A stretch of DNA of 64,000 nt from an uncultured Spirochaetota bacterium (GCA_963745235.1 CAVUXE010000052.1:128001-192000); one strand, 5' to 3'; numbered from the stretch's first letter, positions 7,935 through 18,461 are shown. The notes: generated by a model not told the origin, from the letters alone. Program-made: numbers and translations.

Positions 7935-10070
7935 CTACCAGCTTTCGACGCGCAGCCGATAGTCTTCGTTCGCTTTGACGGGAGCTCCGTTCACAAAGAC
8001 CTTCACATGGGCGTCTCCCCCGGGGGAGGCCACGTAGCCGCCTCCCCGGACCGTCGCCGCCCATTCTCCGTCGGAGAACAGTGAAAGCTCGCCAACCCGT
8101 GATCCGGTGGATTGCTCCGTGATGACCAGCACCGAGTTCCTGTCCAGCGAGAGGATCAGGCCGGCGCAGGCGACCAGCGTCCGCCAGCTGGCATAATCGG
8201 ATGGCAGGGTGGTGGCTTTCTGGCCGTCCCACGAAACGATGCGCGCCCGGCCCAGCGAGGCATAGAGGACGTGGGTGGAAGGATCCAGGGCCAGGCCGGC
8301 ATCCAGGTTTTCCTCCGGGTCGGTTGCCAGGAGCGTCTCCCTCTCGAAGCCGCTGCCATCGTGGAGGACAAGGTTCGTGGCGCCGGAGGCATCCACGCCA
8401 AGGGAGTACAGGAGAGGACCTGTTGCCCCCGGTGCGGCCGGATCGAAAACCAGGTCCCACGTGAAAACATTCCTGTCCGACATTCCGACCGTTTCTCCCG
8501 TGCGCGTGTTGATCCGCACGAGCGACCCGCCCGCGGCCAGGGCAGTATTCCTGCCTCCAATGAGCTCGTTGGCCGCGGTGGCGACAACCGCTGAAAGAGC
8601 AGGGACGCGGGATTCGAACCGCGGAACGCCTGTTGTGAGGTCCACCAGTCGTATCATCCCGCCGTTTTCGATCCCGAGGAGGGAGCCGCCCTGAACTGAG
8701 AGGTCCGTCAGCGGGGCTCGAAATCCCGAAGGCAGCAGCCGAAACCTGAGAGAAGGCGGAGAGCCGCCCGGGCTGCCGCGCACAATTGCCGACTCGGGAA
8801 CGTCCAGCAGCGCGAATCGAGGAGGGCTGTCGTCCCGCGTCCACGCTAGCAAGGACGTATCCGATATGAACGAAAGCCCGACCGGGCTCTTCCACGGATT
8901 ATCGACGAGGACCGAATGGACGTAGCTCGGAGATGGGGACCCCGTGAAGACATCAGAGCTGAACACGCGGATCCAGTCCCTTGAGCCCTCGGCCAGCAAG
9001 CCGTGCCTCGCGTCGATCCCCGTGACGTCTGCCAGGACGTTGCGGTTGATCACGCGCAGCTCCCCCGTGGGGGAAGCCTCGCTGATGGCACCGCTCTTGC
9101 CGGCAAGGTACATGGCGTTTTCACCGTAGCAGAGGACCTGGAACGCTTCACCAGGATCGGATGCCGCAGGCTTCTGCGCCGTCAAGTCGGAGCCGACGCT
9201 CCACAGCGCCATGTTTCCGCCCGCCGTCGGAACTCCGGCAATCTGATCCCCGGCGGGAGAAATATCGAGACAGGCATCACCGCTCAGTGCCGCCCGGCCC
9301 CGAACCGCGCCGCTGACGGTATCCACAAGCACCGCCTCACGGCCCGTGCTTCCGACGATGTACCTCCGGTCCCGTGAGATGCGTATGTGGGAGAGATACG
9401 GTGTCGTGGGTAGCTCGAGGGTCAGCGCGCCGGACGCCACGTCCCAGTAGGAAATCCTGCCGGAGACCTGGTAGGTCATGATTGTCTTTTCCGAGCGGGA
9501 CATCTCTGCAAAAGCAACGATCCCGAAACCCTCAGGATGGAACTGCATGGGGGCGCCTGTTGAAGCATCCAGGATCTTCAAGCTCTGCCAGGAAGACTCC
9601 CCGTAGACGAGGTAGCTCCCCTGGCCGGAAAACCGCAGGAAAAGCGGGGCGTCCTTGAGAGGAAGCCTCAGAACCTGCTTCTGCTGTTCCCAGTCCCATA
9701 CGACAAGGGAAAATGAGCGAAGGCCGTCGCTCACCACCACCGCCACGCGGGGGCCGGCGGGATCCACGGCAATCATTTGCGCGGCCAGGCGCGTCACGCG
9801 CAGGCTGCGATACAGGACGCCCTCCGCCGCGATCCAGATCCTGACCGTGCCATCTTCCCCCGCGCTGACAAGGAGGTCCCTCTGCTCATCGTATTGGAGG
9901 TCAAGCACCGCGCCGAGGTGGCTCGTGTTGACGATGCTGTGCACATCAGAGGTCAGCGAGCCCTCTGTTGCCCCTTCGCCAGGCGCCGCGTCGGCGGCCT
10001 GCGCAATCACGGACTGGGCGGCAAAGAGAAACCCGAGGAGGAGCAGGCCTTTGGCGCGAAGCGATCTCAC
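7935..10070 (-). CDS. exported WD40/beta-propeller repeat protein
   Basis: Signal-peptide-like N-terminus; SHLGAVLDL..LVSAGEDGTVRIW WD repeat and further degenerate blades. Confidence 0.8.
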   Translation of the reverse strand: MRSLRAKGLLLLGFLFAAQSVIAQAADAAPGEGATEGSLTSDVHSIVNTSHLGAVLDLQYDEQRDLLVSAGEDGTVRIWIAAEGVLYRSLRVTRLAAQMIAVDPAGPRVAVVVSDGLRSFSLVVWDWEQQKQVLRLPLKDAPLFLRFSGQGSYLVYGESSWQSLKILDASTGAPMQFHPEGFGIVAFAEMSRSEKTIMTYQVSGRISYWDVASGALTLELPTTPYLSHIRISRDRRYIVGSTGREAVLVDTVSGAVRGRAALSGDACLDISPAGDQIAGVPTAGGNMALWSVGSDLTAQKPAASDPGEAFQVLCYGENAMYLAGKSGAISEASPTGELRVINRNVLADVTGIDARHGLLAEGSRDWIRVFSSDVFTGSPSPSYVHSVLVDNPWKSPVGLSFISDTSLLAWTRDDSPPRFALLDVPESAIVRGSPGGSPPSLRFRLLPSGFRAPLTDLSVQGGSLLGIENGGMIRLVDLTTGVPRFESRVPALSAVVATAANELIGGRNTALAAGGSLVRINTRTGETVGMSDRNVFTWDLVFDPAAPGATGPLLYSLGVDASGATNLVLHDGSGFERETLLATDPEENLDAGLALDPSTHVLYASLGRARIVSWDGQKATTLPSDYASWRTLVACAGLILSLDRNSVLVITEQSTGSRVGELSLFSDGEWAATVRGGGYVASPGGDAHVKVFVNGAPVKANEDYRLRVESW

Positions 10071-10697
10071 TCGTCCACCCCGTCCAGCCTCAGCACGGAA
10101 ACCCAGGGAGGAGAGCAGAAATCCTGAAAAGGCTCCTCTTTGACCCGCGTCTCGACGTCCGCGGCAATCTTGCTGTAGATCTCCTCTCCCAGCCGGGCCA
10201 CCCCGATTTCCCCCTGCTTCAAGCCGATGACGTGGAACACGTGCCTCCCCTCTTCTTCCCCTTTGTACCGAAGAGTCACGTCGCGGTCCTGGTCTTCCCC
10301 CCCCGCGGCGCCGGTCAGAAGGTAGTACTTCATGATCTCTATCACGCGGTCATCCAGGCCCGCCGCCAGGATATGCAGTTTTTCCGCCAGCTCGGGAAAG
10401 CCCACCACGACCCTGTACGGGCTGCCCAGCTCGTAGTCCAGCTTGCCGCGCGCCAGCCCGATCCTGTCCTTCTCCGGGACCAGCATTATTTCCCCCCGGC
10501 CGCCCGCCAGAGAGAGGCGGAACGGAAACTCCGGCGTGAGCCGCTTGCCACAACGGGGGCACGTAACAGCCATGAAATCCCCGCTCGTGATGAGCTTTTC
10601 AACGTCCGGCTCGGTTTGCAGGTCCGCGGAATCCGGGACATCCGCGTCGAAAACATTGTCCGCAAAAGCACGCTATCCGCCGGGAAATGAAGTGCAT
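10067..10697 (-). CDS. CpXC domain-containing protein (one extra base near 10661)
   Basis: ATG at 10697 gives MHFISRRIACFC; after a shift, FDADVPD..LITSGDFMAVTCPRCGK..R.V...ELAEKLHIL..GLDDRVIE. Confidence 0.75.
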
Positions 10698-10700
10698 TCC

Positions 10701-12098
10701 TCAGTGCCCCGCGAACGATAGTATGTCATTGAAGGAAACGATGACAATCAGCGCGAGCAGGATGGAGAAGCCGATGATCTGGACTCTCCAGAACAGGTTT
10801 GCCGGCACCGCGCGGCCCCTCACTACTTCTATGAGGAAAAGGATGATCTGGCCCCCGTCCATCGCTGGAATGGGAAGGAGGTTCATGATGAAGAGAACCA
10901 CGCTGAGGAAGGCGAGAAACTGAAAAAGGGCAAGCGCGCCGCCGATTACCGCGGCGCTTCCGATATAGTCAATTATCTTCAGCGGCCCCGCAACTGCTTT
11001 CCGCAGGTTGACGCCCTGGAAGAGAAGGCCGAATCCTTTCACGGTGAGGGAAAAAGTATCCCACGTCTGGGCGAGGCCGTGCTCAAGTGCCTGGGGCAGG
11101 CCGAGGCTGGGGGTGGCGTATTCCTTTTCAGCGAAGCTGATCCCCAGCATTTTCCCGGCAAAATCGAACCCAACGACGGAGTTTCTTTCAAACACCACAA
11201 GGGCGTTTCGCCGCTCACCCCCGCGCTCGAAATCCATCGTTATCTTTCCGGGGGCAGTCGAGAGGACGGGGATGAGATCCCAGACGTTCCTCACGGCGCT
11301 CCCGTTTGCCGACAGGATGAGGTCTCCCTTGCCGAGCCCCGCGATGGAAGCCCCTGATCCCGGAGTGACGGCAGCCACCACGGGGTCGATCCACGGAAGA
11401 ATGCCAATCTGTCCGGCGCCGGAGTCCTTGTCCAGCCTCGGCACGACGGGAACGTCGAAACTGCGCTCCGTCCCGTTCTCACCGCGCTCGATTCTGAAGA
11501 CCAGTCTCTTGCTCGGGGCAACCGACACTGCCTCGCGGATGTCCTGGAAGCTCTGGATTGGCTGCCCGCCGATTGCCAGGATTCGATCCCCGGTCTTCAA
11601 GCCGGCCGCGGTTGCCGGAGGCTGGTCGCCCGATAATTGCTGCGAGTAGTCTGTCGCAAGCGCGATTCGATTGTCGTAGGAAGGAAAGCTGTATCCGACC
11701 AGGGAGATTATCGAAAAAGTGATGACTGCAAAGATGAGGTTGAAGATCGGGCCTGCCGCCGAAATGACGATTCTCCGCCACGGTGCTGCCGCGTTGAACG
11801 AGCCCTCGCGCGGGGCTCCGTTCGGCGCAGCCTCCCGGGAGACCGACTGTGCCCCATCCCCTCCGGCTATTCCCGGGGTGATCTCTCCTCTCATCTTGCA
11901 GTACCCGCCAATGGGAAACCAGGAGACCTGGTAAACCGTCTCTCCCCTCTTGAAGCCGACGAGCCGCGGCCCCCAGCCAAGCGAGAAAGTTTCAACGACC
12001 ACGCCGTTTGCCTTGGCGGCGACGAAATGGCCCAACTCATGGACGAACACCATGATCCCGAGCCCGATGAGGCCCAGGAGGATTGAAATGATGGTCAT
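10701..12098 (-). CDS. rseP: RIP metalloprotease RseP (site-2 protease with PDZ domains)
   Basis: HELGH, PIGGYCKM, AGPIFN, NLLPIPAMDGG. Confidence 0.96.
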   Translation of the reverse strand: MTIISILLGLIGLGIMVFVHELGHFVAAKANGVVVETFSLGWGPRLVGFKRGETVYQVSWFPIGGYCKMRGEITPGIAGGDGAQSVSREAAPNGAPREGSFNAAAPWRRIVISAAGPIFNLIFAVITFSIISLVGYSFPSYDNRIALATDYSQQLSGDQPPATAAGLKTGDRILAIGGQPIQSFQDIREAVSVAPSKRLVFRIERGENGTERSFDVPVVPRLDKDSGAGQIGILPWIDPVVAAVTPGSGASIAGLGKGDLILSANGSAVRNVWDLIPVLSTAPGKITMDFERGGERRNALVVFERNSVVGFDFAGKMLGISFAEKEYATPSLGLPQALEHGLAQTWDTFSLTVKGFGLLFQGVNLRKAVAGPLKIIDYIGSAAVIGGALALFQFLAFLSVVLFIMNLLPIPAMDGGQIILFLIEVVRGRAVPANLFWRVQIIGFSILLALIVIVSFNDILSFAGH

Positions 12099-12159
12099 AC
12101 GCGAATGTTCCTTTTTGTTCCTCTACCAGTACTAATATGCGCTGATGGAGAGCTTCCGC

Positions 12160-13011
12160 CTACCGGCCGAAAAACCGCATCAACCCGTAGAAAAGGGGAG
12201 CGCTCAGGATCATGGAATCAACGGAGTCGAGCATCCCTCCTCTCCCCGGAATCACGACCCCCGAATCCTTCACGCTTGCGGACCTCTTCAGGCCGCTCTC
12301 CACCAGGTCACCCAATATCACCGCGGCGCCGATGAGCAGTGAAAACGTCACCCCTGCCAGAACGCCCCCGGGAAGGAGAGAGGGAACGGCAAGGCGGAAC
12401 ACCGCGTAGATGATGCCGGTGCCCGTGAACCCCGCCACGAATCCCACGACGCTCTTCTGCGGACTGATGGCGAGGTTGAGGCGCGAGGAGCTGCCCCAAA
12501 GGCTTCCCGCAAAATATGCCGCCATGTCGTTGCCGAAGACGAGGCCCAGGAAAAGAAGGATGGACAACGAGGGCCGGGGCAGGGCGGAAAAACGGACCAC
12601 CCAGGAGAGAAAGAACGCGGGGTACACCACGATGAATGCAGAGGAGGACACAAACGTGAGGAACTCCGCAAGCTTGCGCTGATCTTTCGCCAGGATTGCC
12701 CGGACAAGGATCACCCCGATGGCCGCCGCAAACCAGGCGCGGCCCCACCCTGAGGGGATCCACCCCGTCACCTCCAGCCACGCAGACAGCGGCAGGGTCC
12801 CTGCAAGCGCGGGCGCGAGGTACCTTGCCGTGGTGACGCCGCGGACATCGAAGAGTCTTCTGGTTTCCAGGGCGCCAATGACGCACGCGGCCACCGCCGC
12901 CATGTTGAAGAGCAGATGATGGTAATGAGGCACGGCGAAGATGAGCACCCCCAACACGGGGAATGCGACGACAATCAGGAGCAGGCGGGATGAGAAGGCC
13001 TTCCAGTTCAC
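12160..13011 (-). CDS. cdsA: phosphatidate cytidylyltransferase
   Basis: NDMAAYFAG..ISPQKS..GDLVESGLKR...KDSG..IPGRGGMLDSVDS; GTG start overlaps the uppS stop. Confidence 0.94.
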   Translation of the reverse strand: MNWKAFSSRLLLIVVAFPVLGVLIFAVPHYHHLLFNMAAVAACVIGALETRRLFDVRGVTTARYLAPALAGTLPLSAWLEVTGWIPSGWGRAWFAAAIGVILVRAILAKDQRKLAEFLTFVSSSAFIVVYPAFFLSWVVRFSALPRPSLSILLFLGLVFGNDMAAYFAGSLWGSSSRLNLAISPQKSVVGFVAGFTGTGIIYAVFRLAVPSLLPGGVLAGVTFSLLIGAAVILGDLVESGLKRSASVKDSGVVIPGRGGMLDSVDSMILSAPLFYGLMRFFGR

Positions 13012-13748
13012 GGGGTACCGCCGAACCTTCTGGACCTGCGGCCGTAGTCTGCAAGAGCCTCCCGAAGGTCGCTCCCGTCCCAGTCCGGCCAGAGCTTGGG
13101 GCTGAAATACAGCTCCGCGTAGGCGGATTCCCAAAGAAGAAAATTGGAGAGGCGCTGCTCGTTGGCGCTGCGGATGATGAGGTCGGGGTCCGGGAGATCC
13201 GGTTGATCAAGGTACAGCCGGAACGTCTCCTCGCTGAGAGACCCCTGGTCTCCCCGGGCCACCATGCGTCGGAATGCCCTGATGATCTCATCCCTGCCGC
13301 CGTAGTTTATGGACAGATTCACCGTCAGGCCGTCGAAACCGGAGGTATCCCTGGTCACGTCCTCTATTTCCCTGGCCACGGCCCGGGGAAGCCGCTCCAG
13401 GTCTCCGCTATGAACGATGCGGATACGGTTGCGTCTGTAGAAATCGTATTCCTTCTTGAGGTACGATCCTATCAACCCCATCAGGTAGGAAACTTCTTCC
13501 TGCGCGCGAGCCCAGTTTTCCGTGGAGAACGTGTAGAGGCTGACGAAAGCGAGCCCCGCCTCCGCGGCGGCGGCTACCACGCGCTTGGCCGCTTTTACCC
13601 CTTCCAGGTGGCCTTCGGTCCGCGGCTTCCCGCGGGCCTCCGCCCACCTTCCGTTGCCGTCCATGATTATCCCCACGTGGCGGGGAAGGCGGGAATGGTC
13701 GGGAAGCGCTGCGGGTGCGGAGGAATCCCGTTCCGACGAGGCTCTCAC
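13008..13748 (-). CDS. uppS: undecaprenyl diphosphate synthase
   Basis: HVGIIMDGNGRWA, FSTENW.R, NYGGRDEI, RLSNFLLW. Confidence 0.97.
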   Translation of the reverse strand: MRASSERDSSAPAALPDHSRLPRHVGIIMDGNGRWAEARGKPRTEGHLEGVKAAKRVVAAAAEAGLAFVSLYTFSTENWARAQEEVSYLMGLIGSYLKKEYDFYRRNRIRIVHSGDLERLPRAVAREIEDVTRDTSGFDGLTVNLSINYGGRDEIIRAFRRMVARGDQGSLSEETFRLYLDQPDLPDPDLIIRSANEQRLSNFLLWESAYAELYFSPKLWPDWDGSDLREALADYGRRSRRFGGTP

Positions 13749-14305
13749 ACCTCCAGGATTTCCTTTTCCTTGGCTTCGAGGACCTTGTTGATCTCCTCGA
13801 TGTGCTTGTCTGTGAGCTTCTGGATCTCGTCGGTGGCCTTCTTTGCCTCATCCTCGCTCAGCTCGGAATCGGTCTTGGCCTTCTTGATCTCTTCATTGGC
13901 GTCGCGGCGCGCGTTGCGTATTGCAACGCGCGATTGCTCCGCCGTAGTCTTTGTAACCTTGACGAGCTCCTTGCGCCGGTCTTCCGTGAGCGGCGGGATG
14001 CTGATCCTGATCACTTTGCCGTCGTTGTTCGGATTGACGGAGAGCTCCGACTTCTGGATGGCCTTCTCTATCTCCGACAGGACGGACCGGTCCCAGGGCT
14101 GGATGATCACGAGGCGCGCCTCCGGGATGGAAATGGTGGCAACCTGGTTCAGCGGAACCTTGTTGCCGTAGTAGTCCACGCGGATCTTCTCGAAAAGCGC
14201 CTGGGAGGCCCTGCTCCCGCGGAGTGTCTTGAACTCCTCCTGGAGGGCCTGGATGCTTTTTTTCATCCGCTCTTCCGCCTGGCCCCTGATCTTGTCTCTC
14301 GTCAT
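13745..14305 (-). CDS. frr: ribosome recycling factor
   Basis: VDYYG..PLNQVA, IQPWD, PPLTEDRRKELVK, KEKEILEV. Confidence 0.98.
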   Translation of the reverse strand: MTRDKIRGQAEERMKKSIQALQEEFKTLRGSRASQALFEKIRVDYYGNKVPLNQVATISIPEARLVIIQPWDRSVLSEIEKAIQKSELSVNPNNDGKVIRISIPPLTEDRRKELVKVTKTTAEQSRVAIRNARRDANEEIKKAKTDSELSEDEAKKATDEIQKLTDKHIEEINKVLEAKEKEILEV

Positions 14306-14318
14306 ACGAGATCCTCCT

Positions 14319-15161
14319 TCAGGAATGATCTTCGCCCAGCTTCACGTAGCGGTAGTCCACGATGGTGATCTTGGCTCCGACTTCCTTCCCGAGGTCGTCG
14401 AGAACCCTGGCGACAGTCCTCTTGTCGTCCTTCACGAAAGGCTGCTCCAGGAAGCAGATCTCCGAGAGCAACTTGTTCATCTTTCCCTTGATGATTCCCT
14501 GCAGGACGTTCGCCGGCTTGTTCAGGTTCTCCGCCTGCTTGGCGAAGATCTCTTCCTGCTCCTTGAGGAAGGCAGGGCTCACCTTGTCCTTGGAGAGGAA
14601 CATCGGGGCAAAAGCGGCCGCATGGAGCGCGCAGTCGAAGAGAATCGACTTCACGCGCGGGTCGTCCTTTACCTTGGGGTCGCTGAAGGAGAAGCGGATC
14701 ATCACGCCGATCCTTCCGTCGTGGATGTATTCCACGATTGTCTCTCCCGGCCCGACAGGCATGGTAACGATGCGCCGCAGCTGCATGTTTTCCTTGATCT
14801 TGCCGACGGTCTCCTTGACCATGGTGTGCAGCTCGTCGGTGGCCGCGGTGATGTTCTTCTCAGCGACCTTCGAGACCACGGCGTGGCCCAGCTCATGGAA
14901 GAGGTTGTTGCGCGCTACGAAGTCCGTCTCGCACGTGAGCTCGACCAGGATTCCTTTATCCGGCAGGATCTTCGAGAAGATCATGCCGCTGTTCGTGACG
15001 CGTTCGCTCTTTTTGACCGCGGCGGCAAGCCCCTGCTCCTTGAGCAGGCGCTCAGCGGCGTCGAAGTCTCCGTTCGTCTTCACCAGCGCGTTCTTGGAGT
15101 CCAGCATTCCAGCCCCGGTCTTCTCCCGGAGCTTCTTGACGTCAGTTGCCTTGATTTCCAT
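14319..15161 (-). CDS. tsf: elongation factor Ts
   Basis: VKKLREKTGAGM, CETDFVA, LEQPFVKD. Confidence 0.98.
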   Translation of the reverse strand: MEIKATDVKKLREKTGAGMLDSKNALVKTNGDFDAAERLLKEQGLAAAVKKSERVTNSGMIFSKILPDKGILVELTCETDFVARNNLFHELGHAVVSKVAEKNITAATDELHTMVKETVGKIKENMQLRRIVTMPVGPGETIVEYIHDGRIGVMIRFSFSDPKVKDDPRVKSILFDCALHAAAFAPMFLSKDKVSPAFLKEQEEIFAKQAENLNKPANVLQGIIKGKMNKLLSEICFLEQPFVKDDKRTVARVLDDLGKEVGAKITIVDYRYVKLGEDHS

Positions 15162-15173
15162 GAATTCTATCTC

Positions 15174-16133
15174 TCACTCCTTGTACAGCTTGTCCTCATC
15201 GATTTCCGGCTCTTCAGGGGGCGCGTCGTCCTTCTTTGTCCCCTCATCGGGGTTGTAGTTGGAATAGTCCTTGTCCGTGAAGCCGGTTGCAGCCTCGTCC
15301 GCGGAGGCGCCCAGGACCGCGGCAACCGGAACCTTTTCCACCTCTTCCTGGTCATACTTGGACTGGGCGGCGAACTCTCCCTTGTCGATGGCTTCCGCGA
15401 ACTCTTCTTCGCCCTTCTCTTCCTGCAGTGTCTCGACGACCTCCAGGCCCACTTCGTTCTCCGCTTCGATCACCGCGTTTGCAATGATCTGCGCGAAGAG
15501 GTTGATTGCGCGAATGGCGTCATCATTGCCGGGAATTGGATACGTGATCCCCTCCGGGTTGCAGTTCGTGTCCACGACGGCAACGATGGGGACGTTGACC
15601 TTTCTGGCCTCCATGACGGCAATGGATTCCTTGCGGGTGTCGATGATGAACACGATCCCGGGCAGCTCTTTCATCTCCTTGATTCCACCAAGGTTCTTTT
15701 CAAGCTTGCCCCGCTCCTTCATGAGCCTGGCGATTTCCTTCTTCGTCAGGTTCTCGAAAGTGCCATCTATCTCCATCTTCTCGAGCTTCTTCAGCCTCAA
15801 AAGAGACTTCTTGATTGTCGCATAATTGGTGAGCATTCCCCCCAGCCACCGGTTGTTCACATAGAACATGTTGCACCGCTTGGCCTCACGCTCCACCGTC
15901 TGCTGCGCCTGTTTCTTCGTGCCGACGAAAAGGACCGACTTGCCGGCAAGGACGGTCTTTCTGACCGCCTCATAGGCGTCCTTGATTGCGACGATAGTCT
16001 TCTGGAGATCGATGATGTGGATCCCGTTTCGCTCCGCGAAGATGTACTTTTTCATCCGCGGATCCCATCTCTTTGTCTGGTGTCCGAAATGGACCCCTGA
16101 CTCGAGCAGGTTTTTCATGGTAACAACAGCCAA
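15174..16133 (-). CDS. rpsB: 30S ribosomal protein S2 (TTG start, acidic tail)
   Basis: [37 protein letters not shown]; AAGGAGG SD upstream. Confidence 0.98.
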   Translation of the reverse strand: MAVVTMKNLLESGVHFGHQTKRWDPRMKKYIFAERNGIHIIDLQKTIVAIKDAYEAVRKTVLAGKSVLFVGTKKQAQQTVEREAKRCNMFYVNNRWLGGMLTNYATIKKSLLRLKKLEKMEIDGTFENLTKKEIARLMKERGKLEKNLGGIKEMKELPGIVFIIDTRKESIAVMEARKVNVPIVAVVDTNCNPEGITYPIPGNDDAIRAINLFAQIIANAVIEAENEVGLEVVETLQEEKGEEEFAEAIDKGEFAAQSKYDQEEVEKVPVAAVLGASADEAATGFTDKDYSNYNPDEGTKKDDAPPEEPEIDEDKLYKE

Positions 16134-16200
16134 AATATTCCTCCTTACCCTCTTCCTGGCTTATACACCCTTTTCCAAACGGATGGGCGAGATGAAAGGG

Positions 16201-16782
16201 CTAAAAGTGGTACTCGTTCCTCATCAAGATGCCATAAAACGCCTCAAGTGGCAAGCCTACGACGTTGCTGTAGGACCCTTTGATCCATTCGACGAAGAAC
16301 GCGCCCCTCTCCTGGATCCGGTATGCGCCCGCCGCTCCCGACCATTCCCCGCATTCGACGTACCAGGCAAGCTCGGCGGGCGTCAGGGTCTTGAACTTCA
16401 CCTCGGTGGTGACCACCTCGAGATCTACTGGCTTTGCCTTGTCCACCAGAACGGCAACGCCCGAGTAGACCTTGTGCACCTTCCCCGAGAGGAGGCCGAG
16501 CATTGCGCGAGCTTCCTCGGGGCCGGCCGGCTTCCCCAGGATCTTCCCGTCAACCTCGACAATGGTGTCGACCCCGAGGACCCAACGCGGAGATTCTGCC
16601 TTGAACAGCTCCACCACTGCCTCGACCTTGCCCCGGGCCACCCGCGCAACCACCTCGGCTGAAGATGCCGGGGATGAGTAGTCTTCCGCGAGATCCGGGG
16701 GAATCACCTTGACCGGCATCTTTGCCTTCGCAAGCAGTTCCTTGCGTCGCGGCGAGCCCGAGGCGAGAATGATTGTTTCCAT
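16201..16782 (-). CDS. maf: Maf family nucleoside triphosphate pyrophosphatase
   Basis: IILASGSPRRKELL, GVDTIV..GKILGKP, AGAYRIQ, SNVVGLP; start overlaps the upstream stop (TAATG). Confidence 0.93.
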   Translation of the reverse strand: METIILASGSPRRKELLAKAKMPVKVIPPDLAEDYSSPASSAEVVARVARGKVEAVVELFKAESPRWVLGVDTIVEVDGKILGKPAGPEEARAMLGLLSGKVHKVYSGVAVLVDKAKPVDLEVVTTEVKFKTLTPAELAWYVECGEWSGAAGAYRIQERGAFFVEWIKGSYSNVVGLPLEAFYGILMRNEYHF

Positions 16783-18326
16783 TATACGAGCCCCATAGCT
16801 TCCATGAGAAACCCCTTCATCTGCGAGTTTTCTTTCGGCATCACCGCACCCATGTCCTTCACGCCGCCTTGCCGCGGGCTCCAGAGCCCGAGAGTGGCCT
16901 GGATCCACGGTGTGGGTGAAAGCGGCGACAGATGGTGCCCGCCAGCGCGTTTGTTGTCCAGGGCCGGCTGCCCGCGGCGTGGGGGGCGGCCAGTGAAGTA
17001 CGTTTCGCCCCGGGGATAGAGAAAGACAAGAAATGAAGATTCCCTGTCTCCATCAAGCACGCCGATGTCTGCGCCGGCTGCATTTGCCTCATCCAGCGCC
17101 AGCTTCACCTTCTTGAGAAGGGTTGCCCTGTCAGAGGAGGCTCGAGCAACAACCTGGCCACAATCGCTGGGGTGATACCAGGCCGAGGACGAGCTGTAGT
17201 CGTAGCCCCCGGGGACCTTTCGCACGAGCCCGGCCCCGGCAAGGACTTCGTTGATGTGCAGCATCCTCGAATACGCCATTGCTCCATGGTCGGAGGAAAT
17301 GACCAGGAGTGCGCCGCTTTCCATCTCCGTCATGAGACGCCCCAGCAGATCGTCCACCATCCCCATGCATCCGTGAAAGAGATCGGATGTGCGATCGTCC
17401 TCACGGAGCAGGAGGTCGAAGTAGGCATGGTTGAAATCGTCCATCACGGGGAAATAGCCGATGACGAGCCTTGCCTTCCCTTTCCGTGCCTGCTCCACCA
17501 TCATGTCGGCCTTTGTTTCAAGGCTGACTTTGCTCGCCAGCAGCTCCGCGTCCACCGACACCCTGCGCGAGGGATCGCGGGAGGAGCTCAGGCGCCGCGC
17601 AACGTGAAAGGCGCTCATCTCAAGAAAGCCATCTCGGTGTGCAGGACTGACCTCGCTCCCGCGACAGACCGCGATGTTCACGGGATTGAGAAGAAGCGTC
17701 GTGGGCTCCAGGAGATGCGCGAAGACGCGTGTCCCCTTCGTGAGGTCGACGTATTCACCCTCCCCCGCCGCGAGTGTGGCTCTCACGGTGCCGCCCTTTG
17801 CAAGCCTGAGCGCGCGGCGCGAAGATCGCGCGAGCATCTTTAGACCGTGATAGGCAATTCTTTCCGTCCCGTGCGGAAGTCGGTACAGCGACGGTTTCCG
17901 CCAGAGCCTGTAGCCGTCGAAGCCGAAAATGAGGTGCTGTGCTCGGCCCTTCCATATCGGGTCACCGCGGAATGCCACATTCATCAGGGAGTATCCCGCC
18001 CCGCGCTCCTCCATCTCCTGCCAGATCGTCCGTAGAGTGCCGATGTCTGCATGAAACCCGCTCAGCGAGCCCTCCAGGCGATCCGGATCCGGCATGCGAT
18101 ATCCCCAGACGCCGTTCTGGGCAGGCTGCGTGCCGGTGAACAGGGCGAGCAGGGCCGGTGGAGTCTGGCAGACCGGACTTGCCGGACGCACGGAAGCGAA
18201 ACGCCCTTCCCGGTCGATCCGCGACAGGGCGGGATGCAGGTTCGACCGGAGAGCGCGCCTGATGTGCTCGAATCCCATGCCGTCAAGCACCACCCAGAGC
18301 ACCCGTGAAAAGCGTTCTGTTGACAC
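16782..18326 (-). CDS. alkaline phosphatase superfamily protein (nucleotide pyrophosphatase/phosphodiesterase-like)
   Basis: VVLDG, P..QTPPA..LFTGT.P.QNGV, DDFNH, ISSDHG metal-site motifs; start uncertain (18326 or 18362). Confidence 0.8.
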   Translation of the reverse strand: MSTERFSRVLWVVLDGMGFEHIRRALRSNLHPALSRIDREGRFASVRPASPVCQTPPALLALFTGTQPAQNGVWGYRMPDPDRLEGSLSGFHADIGTLRTIWQEMEERGAGYSLMNVAFRGDPIWKGRAQHLIFGFDGYRLWRKPSLYRLPHGTERIAYHGLKMLARSSRRALRLAKGGTVRATLAAGEGEYVDLTKGTRVFAHLLEPTTLLLNPVNIAVCRGSEVSPAHRDGFLEMSAFHVARRLSSSRDPSRRVSVDAELLASKVSLETKADMMVEQARKGKARLVIGYFPVMDDFNHAYFDLLLREDDRTSDLFHGCMGMVDDLLGRLMTEMESGALLVISSDHGAMAYSRMLHINEVLAGAGLVRKVPGGYDYSSSSAWYHPSDCGQVVARASSDRATLLKKVKLALDEANAAGADIGVLDGDRESSFLVFLYPRGETYFTGRPPRRGQPALDNKRAGGHHLSPLSPTPWIQATLGLWSPRQGGVKDMGAVMPKENSQMKGFLMEAMGLV

Positions 18327-18387
18327 CTGCAACCTTTCGAAGTATCGTTGGAGAGTCCGCACGGAGGATTGCAGAATCCGGGCGTTT

Positions 18388-18461
18388 GGGCAATTAGCTC
18401 AGTTGGATAGAGCGATGGCCTCCGGAGCCATAGGCCGCGCGTTCGAATCGCGCATTGCCCA
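18388..18461 (+). tRNA. tRNA-Arg(CCG)
   Basis: Acceptor stem GGGCAAT/ATTGCCC, D arm GCTCAGTTGGATAGAGC, anticodon stem ATGGC/GCCAT with loop CTCCGGA, T arm CGCGC-GTTCGAATC-GCGC; CCA not encoded. Confidence 0.97.

Noticed and set aside
14229-16100. Long antisense ORFs (623 aa opposite tsf/rpsB; also 24826-26370, 49693-50910 and others)
   Set aside because: Shadow ORFs expected from high-GC codon bias opposite real genes; no motifs or SD.
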